A program made the position numbers and the translations under genes. A stretch of 64,000 bases of DNA from an uncultured Candidatus Peribacteria bacterium (GTDB lineage: Bacteria > Patescibacteriota > Gracilibacteria > Peribacterales > Peribacteraceae): contig CAYSWB010000007.1 of assembly GCA_964434575.1 (NCBI GenBank), forward strand, positions 4,702 to 68,701. The letters run 5' to 3'. The notes under the pieces were generated by a model. The model worked only from the letters and a program-made list of their open reading frames with translations, had not been told where the DNA came from and did not search any database. Position 1 is the stretch's first letter; each line of letters opens with the position of its first letter. Of this stretch, positions 36,899 to 46,639 are shown piece after piece.

Positions 36899-37483
36899 AT
36901 GATCAAACTGCCAGCCGCGCTCGAGAAAAAACTCGCCGTCTTGTTTCCGAAAGTGCGCGAACGCGAACGCTTCGTGGCCGATTTGGTGACCAAGGCGATC
37001 GAGACCGCCGTGCTGCCGGAAATCCAACAGCCGTTGTCCATCGGCGGCACGCTCCACCTGTTCACCGACGGAGGATCGCGCGGGAATCCCGGCCAGGCGG
37101 CCGTGGGCTGCGTGTTGCTGGACCCCGCCACCGGCGCGGTGCTGCGCGAACACAGCGAGGCCATCGGCATCCAGACCAACAACATCGCCGAGTACCAGGC
37201 GCTGATCGCCGGCATGAAGATGTCGGTGGAATTCCGCCCCAACCACTTGGTCTGCCACTTGGACTCCGAACTGGTCGTAAAACAGCTCAGCGGCGAATAC
37301 CGCGTGAAAATGGCCACCTTCCAGCCGCTCATCGACGAGATTATGGAACTGAAAGCGGAATTTCCGCAGGTCACCTTCACCTACGTCCCGCGCCACCTGA
37401 ACACGCGCGCCGACGCGTTGGTGAACAAAGCGCTGGACTCCAACCCCGTTCCGGGCGCACCATCGTTGTCCCGAAGAATCTAA
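36899..37483 (+). CDS. rnhA: ribonuclease HI family protein (194 aa)
   Basis: DEDD pattern: LFTDGGSRGNPG, NNIAEYQALI, DSELVVKQL, RHLNTRADAL. TACACT lies 7 nt upstream of the ATG. Confidence 0.75.
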   Translation: MIKLPAALEKKLAVLFPKVRERERFVADLVTKAIETAVLPEIQQPLSIGGTLHLFTDGGSRGNPGQAAVGCVLLDPATGAVLREHSEAIGIQTNNIAEYQALIAGMKMSVEFRPNHLVCHLDSELVVKQLSGEYRVKMATFQPLIDEIMELKAEFPQVTFTYVPRHLNTRADALVNKALDSNPVPGAPSLSRRI

Positions 37484-37488
37484 GCCAA

Positions 37489-38829
37489 ATGCACCAACCG
37501 ACGACCGTCTCCGCCGCTTTGCCAGGCGCCCTCCGGGCGTGGCGTCTGTGGGTGCTCGTCGGCGTGCTCGCGGTCTTCGGCGTGCCGGAAACGACGTGGG
37601 CCGCCCCCGCGCAGCTCACCCTGACCTACGACCACCATATCTTCACGATGTACCCCAACAACCACCCGGAGTGGAAGCAGCCCCGCAAGCAGTGGTACTA
37701 CGAAGGCGTCCCGGCCGTGCCGCCGGCCCGCTTGCTGACCTGCGGATCCGAGCCCGTGGACGCGCCGGGCTGGAGCCACGAGGAAATCGTGGAATGGAAC
37801 CTGGAGGCCATCGGCCGCAGCATCCGGAAGGAAATCGGCGCCAAGTTCGATCGCGAGCCGGGCAGCGTGCGCATCTCGCGCACGGGCTCCGGCGAGGTCG
37901 TGTTCGACGGCCATGGACTGCCCGGACGCAACATCGACGTGACGCGCGCATCGGCGCTCGTGCGCGAGGCGTTGGACCGGAACGTGTCTCAGGTGATGCT
38001 GCCGGTGATCGAAACCGCTCCCCTGGTGACGGTGGAGGACGAGGATCTGAAAGCGCAGGGCATCAAGGAAGTCGTGACGGTCGGCGAATCCGTGTTCGCC
38101 GGCTCGCCGAAGAACCGCCGCCACAACATCGCGGTGGGCGTGGACACGTTCAACGGCCACCTGATCCCGCAGGGCGACACGTTCTCGTTCGTGGAAACGC
38201 TGGGCCCCGTGAACGCCGCAACCGGCTACCTGAAGGAACTGGTGATCCAGGGCGACCAGACCATCCCCGACTACGGCGGAGGATTGTGCCAGGTGAGCTC
38301 CACCGCCTACCGCGGCCCGTGGGAGTACGGCATGCCGATCGTGCAACGCAAGAACCACAGCTACGCGGTGACGTACTACAGCCCGCAAGGCACCGACGCG
38401 ACCATTTACCCGCCCAGCGTGGACATGAAATTCAAGAACGACACGCCCGGAGCGCTGCTGATCCAGTCGTTCACGGACGAGAAGGACCGTGCGTTCTTCA
38501 TTTACTACGGCACGAAGGATGACCGGAAGAGCGAAGTCTTCGGGCCGTTCGTTTCCAATCGCATCGGCGCGCCCAAGGAGGAGAAGATCGAATACACCAC
38601 CGACTTGGCTCCCGGCGAACGCAAGAAAGTGGGCGACCGCCACGACGGCATGCAGGTGATGTGGTACCGCAGCGTGCAGATGCCGGGCACCGGCGCGACC
38701 ATGGAAAGCTACTTCTCGCACTACCAGACGCGCCCGCTCTATTACCTGGTGGGCGTGGGAGCCGGCGAGAGCCTGCCCGCCACCGACGGCGACTTGAGCG
38801 AGGCGCCCAGCTGGCTGCCGAGCAGGTGA
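37489..38829 (+). CDS. VanW family protein (446 aa)
   Basis: N-terminal TM/signal segment. VanW core FSFVETLGPV...GGGLCQVSSTAYRG...HSY. Confidence 0.75.
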   Translation: MHQPTTVSAALPGALRAWRLWVLVGVLAVFGVPETTWAAPAQLTLTYDHHIFTMYPNNHPEWKQPRKQWYYEGVPAVPPARLLTCGSEPVDAPGWSHEEIVEWNLEAIGRSIRKEIGAKFDREPGSVRISRTGSGEVVFDGHGLPGRNIDVTRASALVREALDRNVSQVMLPVIETAPLVTVEDEDLKAQGIKEVVTVGESVFAGSPKNRRHNIAVGVDTFNGHLIPQGDTFSFVETLGPVNAATGYLKELVIQGDQTIPDYGGGLCQVSSTAYRGPWEYGMPIVQRKNHSYAVTYYSPQGTDATIYPPSVDMKFKNDTPGALLIQSFTDEKDRAFFIYYGTKDDRKSEVFGPFVSNRIGAPKEEKIEYTTDLAPGERKKVGDRHDGMQVMWYRSVQMPGTGATMESYFSHYQTRPLYYLVGVGAGESLPATDGDLSEAPSWLPSR

Positions 38830-39434
38830 CGCGTGAACGCTTCCAGTTCGGGAAGCAGCGCGGCGGGACAAGCGGAGGCGGACGACAGCGAAGCGGAGGG
38901 AATGTCGTTGAGGAGCGCGCGCATGGCGGGCGACAAGCCGTTCATGAGCGAGGTGTCCACCGGCAGCGCGGCCAGGTCTTCGCCGCCGGGGAGCGAACCC
39001 AGGATGGACAGCAGTTTCAGCGTGAACACCGGCAGCAGCGCCGGCGCGTGGTCGGTGCTGCAGTGCGACAGGAACTCGCGCGTGAGCATGTAGACCTGCT
39101 CCACCGGCTCGCCCTCGTGGATGATGTTCAGCAGGATTTCCATCCCCTGCTCGGCACACGAGAACGCGCGCAGGCAGGTGGCGCATTCGGAGTACGGATC
39201 GATGCACGAGGCCTGCGTGACGCTATGCGCTCCGGTGCGGCCGAACGTGTACTCCACCTGGATGCGGCGCAGCGGCAACAAGGCCGATCCCCGCTTGCTG
39301 GTGACGCGGCGGACGCCGGCCGCGCGCGCGGCGATGCGGCCCGACTTGCGCGTGAGCAGCAGGCAAAAACGGTCGGCTTCGCCGACATTGAAGGTTTTCA
39401 GCACGATGGCTTCGTCCGCGAACGTTCTGCTCAC
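38742..39434 (-). CDS. recO: DNA repair protein RecO (230 aa)
   Basis: DEAIVLKTFNVGEADRFCLLLTRKSG is the RecO N-terminal OB fold. Its 3' end overlaps the VanW 3' end by 88 nt. Confidence 0.7.
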   Translation of the reverse strand: MSRTFADEAIVLKTFNVGEADRFCLLLTRKSGRIAARAAGVRRVTSKRGSALLPLRRIQVEYTFGRTGAHSVTQASCIDPYSECATCLRAFSCAEQGMEILLNIIHEGEPVEQVYMLTREFLSHCSTDHAPALLPVFTLKLLSILGSLPGGEDLAALPVDTSLMNGLSPAMRALLNDIPSASLSSASACPAALLPELEAFTRHLLGSQLGASLKSPSVAGRLSPAPTPTR

Positions 39435-39459
39435 GGTACGTCAGTATACAACAGGTCGC

Positions 39460-40440
39460 TTACACGTTGCCGAGCAACGTTCCCTGCACGCGGGTCCACA
39501 ACACGAACAGCGTGCCGACCACGGCCAGCAGCGGAATCAGCAATGCTTCGCCGATGAGCGTCCACGGCAACCAGGCCAACAGCGACGCCAGGATGCCCTC
39601 GCCCCACGCGGCGAACGCGCCGCCGGCTCCCAGGGCCGGCACCACCGCCGGCGCGATAGCGATGCACGCGGCGGCGAAGACGACCGAGAATACGAGCGCG
39701 ACTCCCAGCAAGAGCGTGATTTCCACCGCGAACGGCAACAGCGTGAACAGGGCCGGCGCGCCGACGAGCTGCTCCACGAAGACCTCGTCGCGGCGCAGCA
39801 TGGCGCGGCGGCGGATCAATTCCACGATGACGAACAGCAGGACGATCACGAAGAGCGCGACCACCAGCCCCAGGAACACGCGGGCCGAAGACACGATTTC
39901 GACGAGCTGGTACAGCCGCTGCTCCTGATCCGTGGTTTGCGACAGGAATTGCGGGTCCACGGTCTGCGCGAACACCGGCTGCTGCAGGAACTGCAGGAAA
40001 CGCGGATAGTCGGCGATGCTCGCCAGCCGGACGCCGAGCGTCTCGGGAAAAGGGTTGCCGATGCCGTACTTCTCCAGGAACGCGACCAGCTGAGGATCGC
40101 GCTGACGCTGGCGCTCGTACGCCTGCTCGCGGGTCACGTACAGCACTTCTTCCACGTACGGCAGCGCGCGGACGTTCTGCACCAGATCCTGGATGAGATC
40201 ATCGGACGCGGTATCCACGATCTCCAGACGAAGATCCGTTTGCTCGCGCAGGAATTGCACGCCGACGTGCGCCGAGAACACCAGCAAGAGCAGAACTTGG
40301 CCCAGCAGCAGCACGCCGAACAGCGAACCGACCGAGCCGGCCCAGCCGTCTTCCCGCACCACGTTCTTCAGGCCCCGGATGCAGCCGCGCTTGAAGAGGA
40401 GCGGCGTCTTGGGCATGCGAGCGAACATGGAGGTCATCAT
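39460..40440 (-). CDS. ftsX: cell-division ABC permease-like protein FtsX (326 aa)
   Basis: GLKNVVREDGWAGSVGS, one TM helix, a periplasmic domain, then three C-terminal TM helices. This is the FtsX topology and N-terminal motif. Confidence 0.7.
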   Translation of the reverse strand: MMTSMFARMPKTPLLFKRGCIRGLKNVVREDGWAGSVGSLFGVLLLGQVLLLLVFSAHVGVQFLREQTDLRLEIVDTASDDLIQDLVQNVRALPYVEEVLYVTREQAYERQRQRDPQLVAFLEKYGIGNPFPETLGVRLASIADYPRFLQFLQQPVFAQTVDPQFLSQTTDQEQRLYQLVEIVSSARVFLGLVVALFVIVLLFVIVELIRRRAMLRRDEVFVEQLVGAPALFTLLPFAVEITLLLGVALVFSVVFAAACIAIAPAVVPALGAGGAFAAWGEGILASLLAWLPWTLIGEALLIPLLAVVGTLFVLWTRVQGTLLGNV

Positions 40441-40460
40441 ACCGGGTCTCCGCCCCGGCG

Positions 40461-41081
40461 TCACGCCACGGTGCCGTCGCCGTGCGCCGATTGCGCATGC
40501 TGCTCGATGCGCGCGACCATCTGCAGGCAGTCGAGCGCGCGGGCATTGCCCGGGTCCACGTCCAGCGCGCGCTGGAACAGCGCCTTGGCCTTGGCGAAAT
40601 TGTTCATGCGCAGGTAAATCACGCCCAGGTCGCACAGCGTCAGCGGGTTGGATGCGTCCAAATTGAGCGCGCGCTCCAGCGTGACCACGCCGTCCACGTT
40701 GTCGCCGGAGCTGAACAGAGCCCAGCCCAGGCAACGGAGGATTTCGGGGTTGTTGTGCTTCAGGCCGTTGGCGGTGCGCAGCATCTGCACCGCCTCGTCC
40801 CAGCGCTCCAGGTGCGACGCCACGAAGCCAAGGATGTAGTAGCCGGTATAGCTTTCCTTATCCACGGCGATGGCGCTGCGCGCGGCGTTGGCGGCGCGAT
40901 CGTAGTGCTCGAGGCTCAATTCGTTGTCGGCGATCTCCTCAAGCGCCTCGATGTTGTTGGGATCGGCGATGAGCACCTGTTCCAAAACGGCGATGGCCTC
41001 CTCATATTTCCCCTCCATTTTCAAATCTTCGGCCTGGTTCAGGAGGTCGATCAACGGGCCGTCGTTCTGCGGTACGGACAT
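40461..41081 (-). CDS. TPR-repeat protein (206 aa)
   Basis: Four to five TPR units (e.g. GKYEEAIAVLEQVLIADPNN, NNFAKAKALFQRALDVDPGN). Confidence 0.75.
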   Translation of the reverse strand: MSVPQNDGPLIDLLNQAEDLKMEGKYEEAIAVLEQVLIADPNNIEALEEIADNELSLEHYDRAANAARSAIAVDKESYTGYYILGFVASHLERWDEAVQMLRTANGLKHNNPEILRCLGWALFSSGDNVDGVVTLERALNLDASNPLTLCDLGVIYLRMNNFAKAKALFQRALDVDPGNARALDCLQMVARIEQHAQSAHGDGTVA

Positions 41082-41116
41082 GTCTCCAGTGTACCACGAC
41101 GGGCGTCGGCCCCGGA

Positions 41117-41446
41117 TTAACCGGCGATAAAGAAGACCACCGTGCTCATGATGAGCCAGGCGCTCAGGATGATGGCGTAACCGATCAGCGAAGCGATCAT
41201 CAGCTTCTTGCCGTTATCCAGGAAGCGTCCGCCGCCGGAACCGACCATCATGAAGGTACCGATCAGGAAGATGGTGGTGGTGACGCCGCCGCCCCAGAAG
41301 AGGAGAACGTTCACGATGCCCGCCACGATGCGCGGGATCGTCGTCACCACGCCGGTGCTCACCACGATCGGCGCGCCGGGCGTATAGGCCATGGCGGCCG
41401 CGGGAAGCAGCAGGAGGGCGGCAATGGACAGTTTTTTCAGCGACAT
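41117..41446 (-). CDS. TrbC/VirB2-like (T4SS-pilin-type) small secreted membrane protein (109 aa)
   Basis: A signal peptide (LLLLPAAAMA) plus two TM helices separated by a short loop. This layout resembles the T4SS_pilin family seen in small-genome uncultivated bacteria. TGgTACAAT lies 6 nt upstream of the ATG. Confidence 0.45.
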   Translation of the reverse strand: MSLKKLSIAALLLLPAAAMAYTPGAPIVVSTGVVTTIPRIVAGIVNVLLFWGGGVTTTIFLIGTFMMVGSGGGRFLDNGKKLMIASLIGYAIILSAWLIMSTVVFFIAG

Positions 41447-41546
41447 CACCCCATTGTACCATATTTCGCCCCTTGGATGAAGCCCAGAGCGGGCCGGGGC
41501 GCCATTCGGTTGCGCGGCGGATGGCCCCTGACTAGACTTGGCATCT

Positions 41547-44500
41547 ATGGCGAATCCGGGCTTCTCAAGCCGACCGATTTACGGTGACGAGCCATCCGAC
41601 GATAACCGCGGCGAAACTCCTTTGGACGAGCCGCGCAGCACCCCTCCCGAAGGAGGATTTCGCCGGAGTCCGCGCTTGCGCCAACGCGCCAGCTACCGCG
41701 GCGGGGGAACCCGTACGGCAAACGCGCTTGCCCGCGTGAAAGGCGTCGTCTTCAAGAAACGCACGAAAAAGGAGTGGAAGACGATCGCCGTCCGCACGGT
41801 GGCCGGCGGCGCGGCGGCGGCCGTGCTTGGCCTTGCCCTGCTGTGGATCACGCTGCCGAACATCGACGACCCGAGCACGCTGTTCGCGTCGCAAAGCACG
41901 GCCATCGTGGACCGCAACGGCGTGGAGCTGTACCGCCTGTTCTCCGAACAAGACCGCACGTACATCCCGGGGGCCGAGATCAGCAACAGCGTGAAACAGG
42001 CGACCATCGCCATCGAAGACGAACGCTTCTTCAGCCGCGGCAGCTGCTTCGACATCATCGGCTTCAGCCGCGCCGTGCTCAGCCAGGTGTTGCCCGGCGC
42101 GCTGGTGCGCTCCGGAGGCTCGACATTGACGCAGCAGTTCGCCGGCAACGCGCTGGTGGGCCGCGAGCGCTCGCTGCTGCGCAAAATCCGTGAGCTGATG
42201 CTCGCCTGCAAGCTGGAACAGAAATACGACAAAGACCAGCTGCTGGAGCTGTACCTGAACTGGATCCCCTACGGACCCACGTCGTACGGCATCGAGCAGG
42301 CCGCCCGCAACTACTTCGGCACCGGCGCCAACAGCATCACGCTGGCGCAGGCCGCCGCGCTGGCGTCCATCCCGCAGCGCCCGTCGTACTTCAGCCCGTA
42401 CGGCAAGAACGTCCGCACGCAGGTCAGCGACCAGATCCTGGAGCGCATCATCAGCGGCGAAATCACGACGACCGCGCAGATCCCCGACGCCGGCGTGCGC
42501 ATCGGACTCATCGGCCAGGAAGTGGGTTCTGGCGCGACGAAAGTGTACGTGGGAGGACGCGCCGACCAGGTGCTGAAGAACATGCTCGACCAGAAGATGA
42601 TCAGTGAGGAAGAGCACGCCAAGGCGGTGGAGGACCTGAAAAAAATGGAGTTCCGCCGCGAGCGCGAGAACATCCGCGCGCCGCACTTCGTACTGGCCGT
42701 TCAGAAGCAGGCCGAGGAGCTGCTGGGCATCGATGAAGCGCTGCTGCAGCAGGGCGGCTTCAAGATCACCACCACGCTGGATTGGAACCTGCAGCAGGTC
42801 GCCGAGAAGGTCGTCGCCGATCACGCCGAGGACGTGACAAACCGCTTCGGCGCGCGAAACTCCGCGCTGCTGTCGCTGTCCACCAAGACGCGCGAAGTGC
42901 TGGCGTACGTCGGCAACACGGATTTCTCCGATGAGGAACATGAAGGAAAGATCGACATGGTGCGCGCGCCGCGCCAGCCGGGCTCCAGCTTCAAGGCATT
43001 CACGTACCTGTCCGCGTTCGAACAGGGCTACGGCCCGGGCAGCGTGGTCTACGACCTGCCGACCAAGTTCGGCGTGGACGAACCGCAGAACTTCGACGGC
43101 GCGTTCTGGGGGCTCATGACGATGCGCTCGGCGCTCGGTTCGTCGCGCAACATCCCGGCCATTAAGGCGTTCTTCCTGGGCGGCGGCGAGGAGCCGCTGC
43201 TGTCGCTGGCCGCACGCATGGGCGTGACGACTCCGACCACGCAGAAAGCCGAGTTCCGCAAAAACACCCCGGACTACGACTATGGATGGCCGCTGTCGAT
43301 CGGCGCCGCCGAAGTGCCGCTGTGGGAAATGACCCAGGGGTACGCGACCATCGCCGACGGCGGCAAATTCCTGCCGCCGGTCACGATCCTGAAGATCACC
43401 GACAGTTCCGGCAACATTCGCTACCAGCACAAGCCGGAAGCGCCCCAGGAGGTGGTGGACGCGCGCGTCGCCGCCATGGTGACGTCCGCGCTCAGCGACG
43501 TGTCCGTGCGTCCCAACGAATATTGGCAGACCGTGCTCTCGGTGCCCGGCATCCAGGCCGCCGCCAAGACCGGCACCAGCAACAAGTGTCTGGAGCGTGA
43601 CGCGAGCGGAGGCTGTACGCTGCGCCGCCCGGAAAGCACCTGGACCATGGGCTACACCCCGAGCCTCGTGACCGGCGTATGGGTGGGCAACGCCACCAGC
43701 CAATCGCTGTTCGACAAAGCCGACGGTCTCACGACCGCCGCGCCCATCTGGCACGAGTACATGATCGGCGCGCATCGCAAACTGACCGGCGTGACGACGT
43801 CGTTCACGATGCCGCCGAACATCACGCAGCCGCTGCTGTCCAAGCTCTCCGGCCAGCTGGCCAACGCCTGCACGCCGGTGGAACTGCGCAAATCCGATCT
43901 CTCGCTCGAGGAACGCACGCCGACCGCCGAGGATAGCGCCTGCGTCCTGCTGAAGGTGGATAAAGTCACGGGATTGCTGGCCTCCCCGGCCTGCCCGGCA
44001 GACGCCGTGGAGGAACGCGCGTTCTTCGTGCCCGAGAGCGAGCAGCCCACCCGCTGGCCGTTGTGGGAACAGGCGGTGCAGGAATGGGGCAAGAAGGAAA
44101 TGGAGAAGTGGAACGCCAACGAGACGCACTCCGGCTCCACGCTGCCGCTCCCCCTCCCGCCGACCGCCGAGTGCGACCCGGCGCTGACCCCCGGCCGTCT
44201 GGAGAAGCCCAGCGTGCAGCTCATCATCCCGTCGGGCGGATCGTCCGTGCCGTACCCGTCGTTCACGCCCAAGGCGAACATCGTGTCGCGCGGCAAGCTG
44301 AAGGAGGTGAAGTACTTCGTGGACGACAAGCAGGTCGCCGTATTCACCGAAGCCCCGTTCAACGGCCCCGTGCGCGTCCCCCGCTCCATCCTGGAGGAAG
44401 GCCAGCACAACATGAAGGTCGTCGTGACCGACGAGTACTTCAACACCGCCGAGGACACCTCCAGCTTCGTGTTCGAAGAGGACACCGGGCGCCCGCGCGT

Positions 44501-44762
44501 GCGGTTCGTGCCGGACAACGACGAACTGACCATGCCTGCCGGCAGCGAGATCGTGCTGACGGTGGATGCCACCGACGACGGCGGCATCGAGCGCGTGGAG
44601 TTCTTCATGGACGGACAACTGCTGACCGTGAAGCGCACCGCGCCGTACCAGCTGCAATACACGCTGAAGGAATCCGTGGGCGACCACGTCATCCGCGCGG
44701 TGGCGCGCGACACGGCCGGCAACGAAGGTTCGGCCGAGCTGACGCTGACGATCGGGTTCTAG
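41547..44762 (+). CDS. class A penicillin-binding protein with C-terminal Ig-like domains (1071 aa)
   Basis: IEDERFF, GGSTLTQQF, RKIRE, GSSFKAF, SSRN and KTGTS motifs. The C-terminal 230 aa or so contain two Ig-like repeats (YFVDDKQV...H.MKVVVTD and FFMDGQLL...HVIRAVARDTAGNEG). Confidence 0.85.
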   Translation: MANPGFSSRPIYGDEPSDDNRGETPLDEPRSTPPEGGFRRSPRLRQRASYRGGGTRTANALARVKGVVFKKRTKKEWKTIAVRTVAGGAAAAVLGLALLWITLPNIDDPSTLFASQSTAIVDRNGVELYRLFSEQDRTYIPGAEISNSVKQATIAIEDERFFSRGSCFDIIGFSRAVLSQVLPGALVRSGGSTLTQQFAGNALVGRERSLLRKIRELMLACKLEQKYDKDQLLELYLNWIPYGPTSYGIEQAARNYFGTGANSITLAQAAALASIPQRPSYFSPYGKNVRTQVSDQILERIISGEITTTAQIPDAGVRIGLIGQEVGSGATKVYVGGRADQVLKNMLDQKMISEEEHAKAVEDLKKMEFRRERENIRAPHFVLAVQKQAEELLGIDEALLQQGGFKITTTLDWNLQQVAEKVVADHAEDVTNRFGARNSALLSLSTKTREVLAYVGNTDFSDEEHEGKIDMVRAPRQPGSSFKAFTYLSAFEQGYGPGSVVYDLPTKFGVDEPQNFDGAFWGLMTMRSALGSSRNIPAIKAFFLGGGEEPLLSLAARMGVTTPTTQKAEFRKNTPDYDYGWPLSIGAAEVPLWEMTQGYATIADGGKFLPPVTILKITDSSGNIRYQHKPEAPQEVVDARVAAMVTSALSDVSVRPNEYWQTVLSVPGIQAAAKTGTSNKCLERDASGGCTLRRPESTWTMGYTPSLVTGVWVGNATSQSLFDKADGLTTAAPIWHEYMIGAHRKLTGVTTSFTMPPNITQPLLSKLSGQLANACTPVELRKSDLSLEERTPTAEDSACVLLKVDKVTGLLASPACPADAVEERAFFVPESEQPTRWPLWEQAVQEWGKKEMEKWNANETHSGSTLPLPLPPTAECDPALTPGRLEKPSVQLIIPSGGSSVPYPSFTPKANIVSRGKLKEVKYFVDDKQVAVFTEAPFNGPVRVPRSILEEGQHNMKVVVTDEYFNTAEDTSSFVFEEDTGRPRVRFVPDNDELTMPAGSEIVLTVDATDDGGIERVEFFMDGQLLTVKRTAPYQLQYTLKESVGDHVIRAVARDTAGNEGSAELTLTIGF

Positions 44763-44763
44763 G

Positions 44764-46530
44764 CTACGCCTGGGCGTGCTCGCGGCGGTTGTAGGCCTCC
44801 CAGAGGTCCTTCATGCGGCCGGGGGTCGTGATCAAGTCCTTGAACGTGCCGTGCTGCAGCAGGCGGCCCTGGTCGAACACGTAGACCTCCTCGAACAGCT
44901 CAAGCAGATGAAGTTTGTGGATGGACGAGACGACGCAGCGGTCGGCGAAGCGCTCCAACAGGTTCTTGTAGATCTTCAGCTCGTTGGTGGAGTCCACCGA
45001 ACTGGTGGGCTCGTCGAGCAGGATGATGTCGCTCCGCTTCGCCGCGAAAAATCCGCGAGCCAGCGCCAGGCGCTGCTTCTCGCCGCCCGACAGGTTTACT
45101 CCCTTCTCGGCCGTGTTGGTCTTCAGTCCATTCGGCAGCTTCTCCAGCGTGCTCTCGAAGCAGGCCAGCCGGACGTCGTCCATGACTTCTGCGTTCGTCT
45201 GCTCGGTATCGAGCGTGATGTTGTACTCGATGGTGTTCTCGAAGATCTCCGGCTCCTGCGGGATCAGCGTGACTTTGGAGCCCACGTCCTTTAGGCCGTG
45301 CTCCAGCGGTTTTCCATCACACAGCACATCTGCGCGGTCCGGCGAGTGCAAGCCGCGGATAAGCGTCATCAGCGTGGATTTGCCGCTGCCGCTCTCGCCG
45401 ACGAACGCGATCTTGGCGCGGCGGCCGAGCGAAATCGACACGTCCTTCAGATGGTGCTCGCGCTTCTCTTCGTCCTTGTACGTGAAGTTCAGGTTCTTGA
45501 TCTCGATGGTTTTCCAGTCCACCGGCAGATGACAGTGGCCGTGGTAGTCGGCGGCGGCGGTCTGCAAAATGGAATTCACCGACTTGAGGTCGGCGTACTG
45601 GTGCACGGTGCCGGAATACTTCCAGGCGAACGTGAAGAACGAGCCGCTGATCTTCTGCAGGTACTCGTAGAGCATGAAGAACGTGCCGGCCAGCGGCACC
45701 ACGCCCGCGCCGATGGTGGACCACGCGTACCAACCCAGCACCACGACCGTCATGGACGACATGACGATGGTGGCCAGGAACCACTTCCACTCGTTCACGA
45801 CGGCCTCTTTCCGAAACAACGGCAGGTAGTGGGTCATGCGCTGCCACAGTTCGCTCCGCGTGAGTTGTTCTAAGCGCAGCGTGATGACCGTGGTGATGTT
45901 GGAGATGTAATCGTGCAACGCGGACGCCACGAAGTGCTCCTTGGCGTTTTCCTGGTCGTACAGCGGAAGCAGGACCTTGTCGAACAGGAACACGAGCAAG
46001 AGCGACGTGCCCGCCACGACGACGGCGATGAGGGCGGCCTGCGGCATGATGAGCGCCAGCGCGACCACGGCCACGGCCGGACGCAGGAACATCTCGATGA
46101 GCTGGAACGTGTTCTCGGCGAAATCGTTCAGCGCACGGGTGGCCTTGGCGATGCGGCTGATGGTTTGTCCTGAGTGGTGCTGCTTGTGCCACTGCAGCGG
46201 CAGGCCGGCGATGGCGTTGTACAGGTGGTCCTTGAAGGCGTTGCGGGCATGGAACGCATTGATGCGCTCGATGACCCGCGCCGGGCCGTGGAACACCCAA
46301 AAGGCGACGTTGATGCCCACGATCATGAGCAGGTACATGAAGATCTTCTGCAGTGAGTCGGGCGTGGTGGACGCCTCCTGCACGCTGTTGAGCACCATGC
46401 CGATGACGAACGGCTCGAACAGGTACACGATGTTCGCAGCCACGAGCATGAGCACGTACAGCACGACGAGGTGCCTGCGTCCGGCGGAGTACCGCCAGGT
46501 TGCCGATGCGAGCGCGAAAAAGACCTTCAT
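44764..46530 (-). CDS. ABC transporter, fused permease/ATPase (exporter type) (588 aa)
   Basis: Six-TM domain plus Walker A GESGSGKST, signature LSGGEKQR and Walker B ILLDEPTS. Confidence 0.85.
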   Translation of the reverse strand: MKVFFALASATWRYSAGRRHLVVLYVLMLVAANIVYLFEPFVIGMVLNSVQEASTTPDSLQKIFMYLLMIVGINVAFWVFHGPARVIERINAFHARNAFKDHLYNAIAGLPLQWHKQHHSGQTISRIAKATRALNDFAENTFQLIEMFLRPAVAVVALALIMPQAALIAVVVAGTSLLLVFLFDKVLLPLYDQENAKEHFVASALHDYISNITTVITLRLEQLTRSELWQRMTHYLPLFRKEAVVNEWKWFLATIVMSSMTVVVLGWYAWSTIGAGVVPLAGTFFMLYEYLQKISGSFFTFAWKYSGTVHQYADLKSVNSILQTAAADYHGHCHLPVDWKTIEIKNLNFTYKDEEKREHHLKDVSISLGRRAKIAFVGESGSGKSTLMTLIRGLHSPDRADVLCDGKPLEHGLKDVGSKVTLIPQEPEIFENTIEYNITLDTEQTNAEVMDDVRLACFESTLEKLPNGLKTNTAEKGVNLSGGEKQRLALARGFFAAKRSDIILLDEPTSSVDSTNELKIYKNLLERFADRCVVSSIHKLHLLELFEEVYVFDQGRLLQHGTFKDLITTPGRMKDLWEAYNRREHAQA

Positions 46531-46639
46531 GGAATTACTTTAGACCTAAAGTATATAGTAACGAGAGCGGAATGCTAGTCCTGCCGCCACGATGCGGCAA
46601 ATAGTCCGACGGATTTTTCGAAGAAAGATGACTGCGAGG

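Noticed and set aside
36206-37396. 396-aa minus-strand ORF
   Set aside because: It runs antisense through the RNase HI gene (clear DEDD motifs on the plus strand) and the upstream plus-strand ORF.
37480-39207. 575-aa minus-strand ORF
   Set aside because: It is antisense to VanW and is out of frame with recO, which occupies its 5' part in a different reading frame of the same strand. Its composition is R/A/G/H-rich.
41565-44687. 1040-aa minus-strand ORF
   Set aside because: It is antisense to a PBP gene that has all GT51 and transpeptidase motifs.
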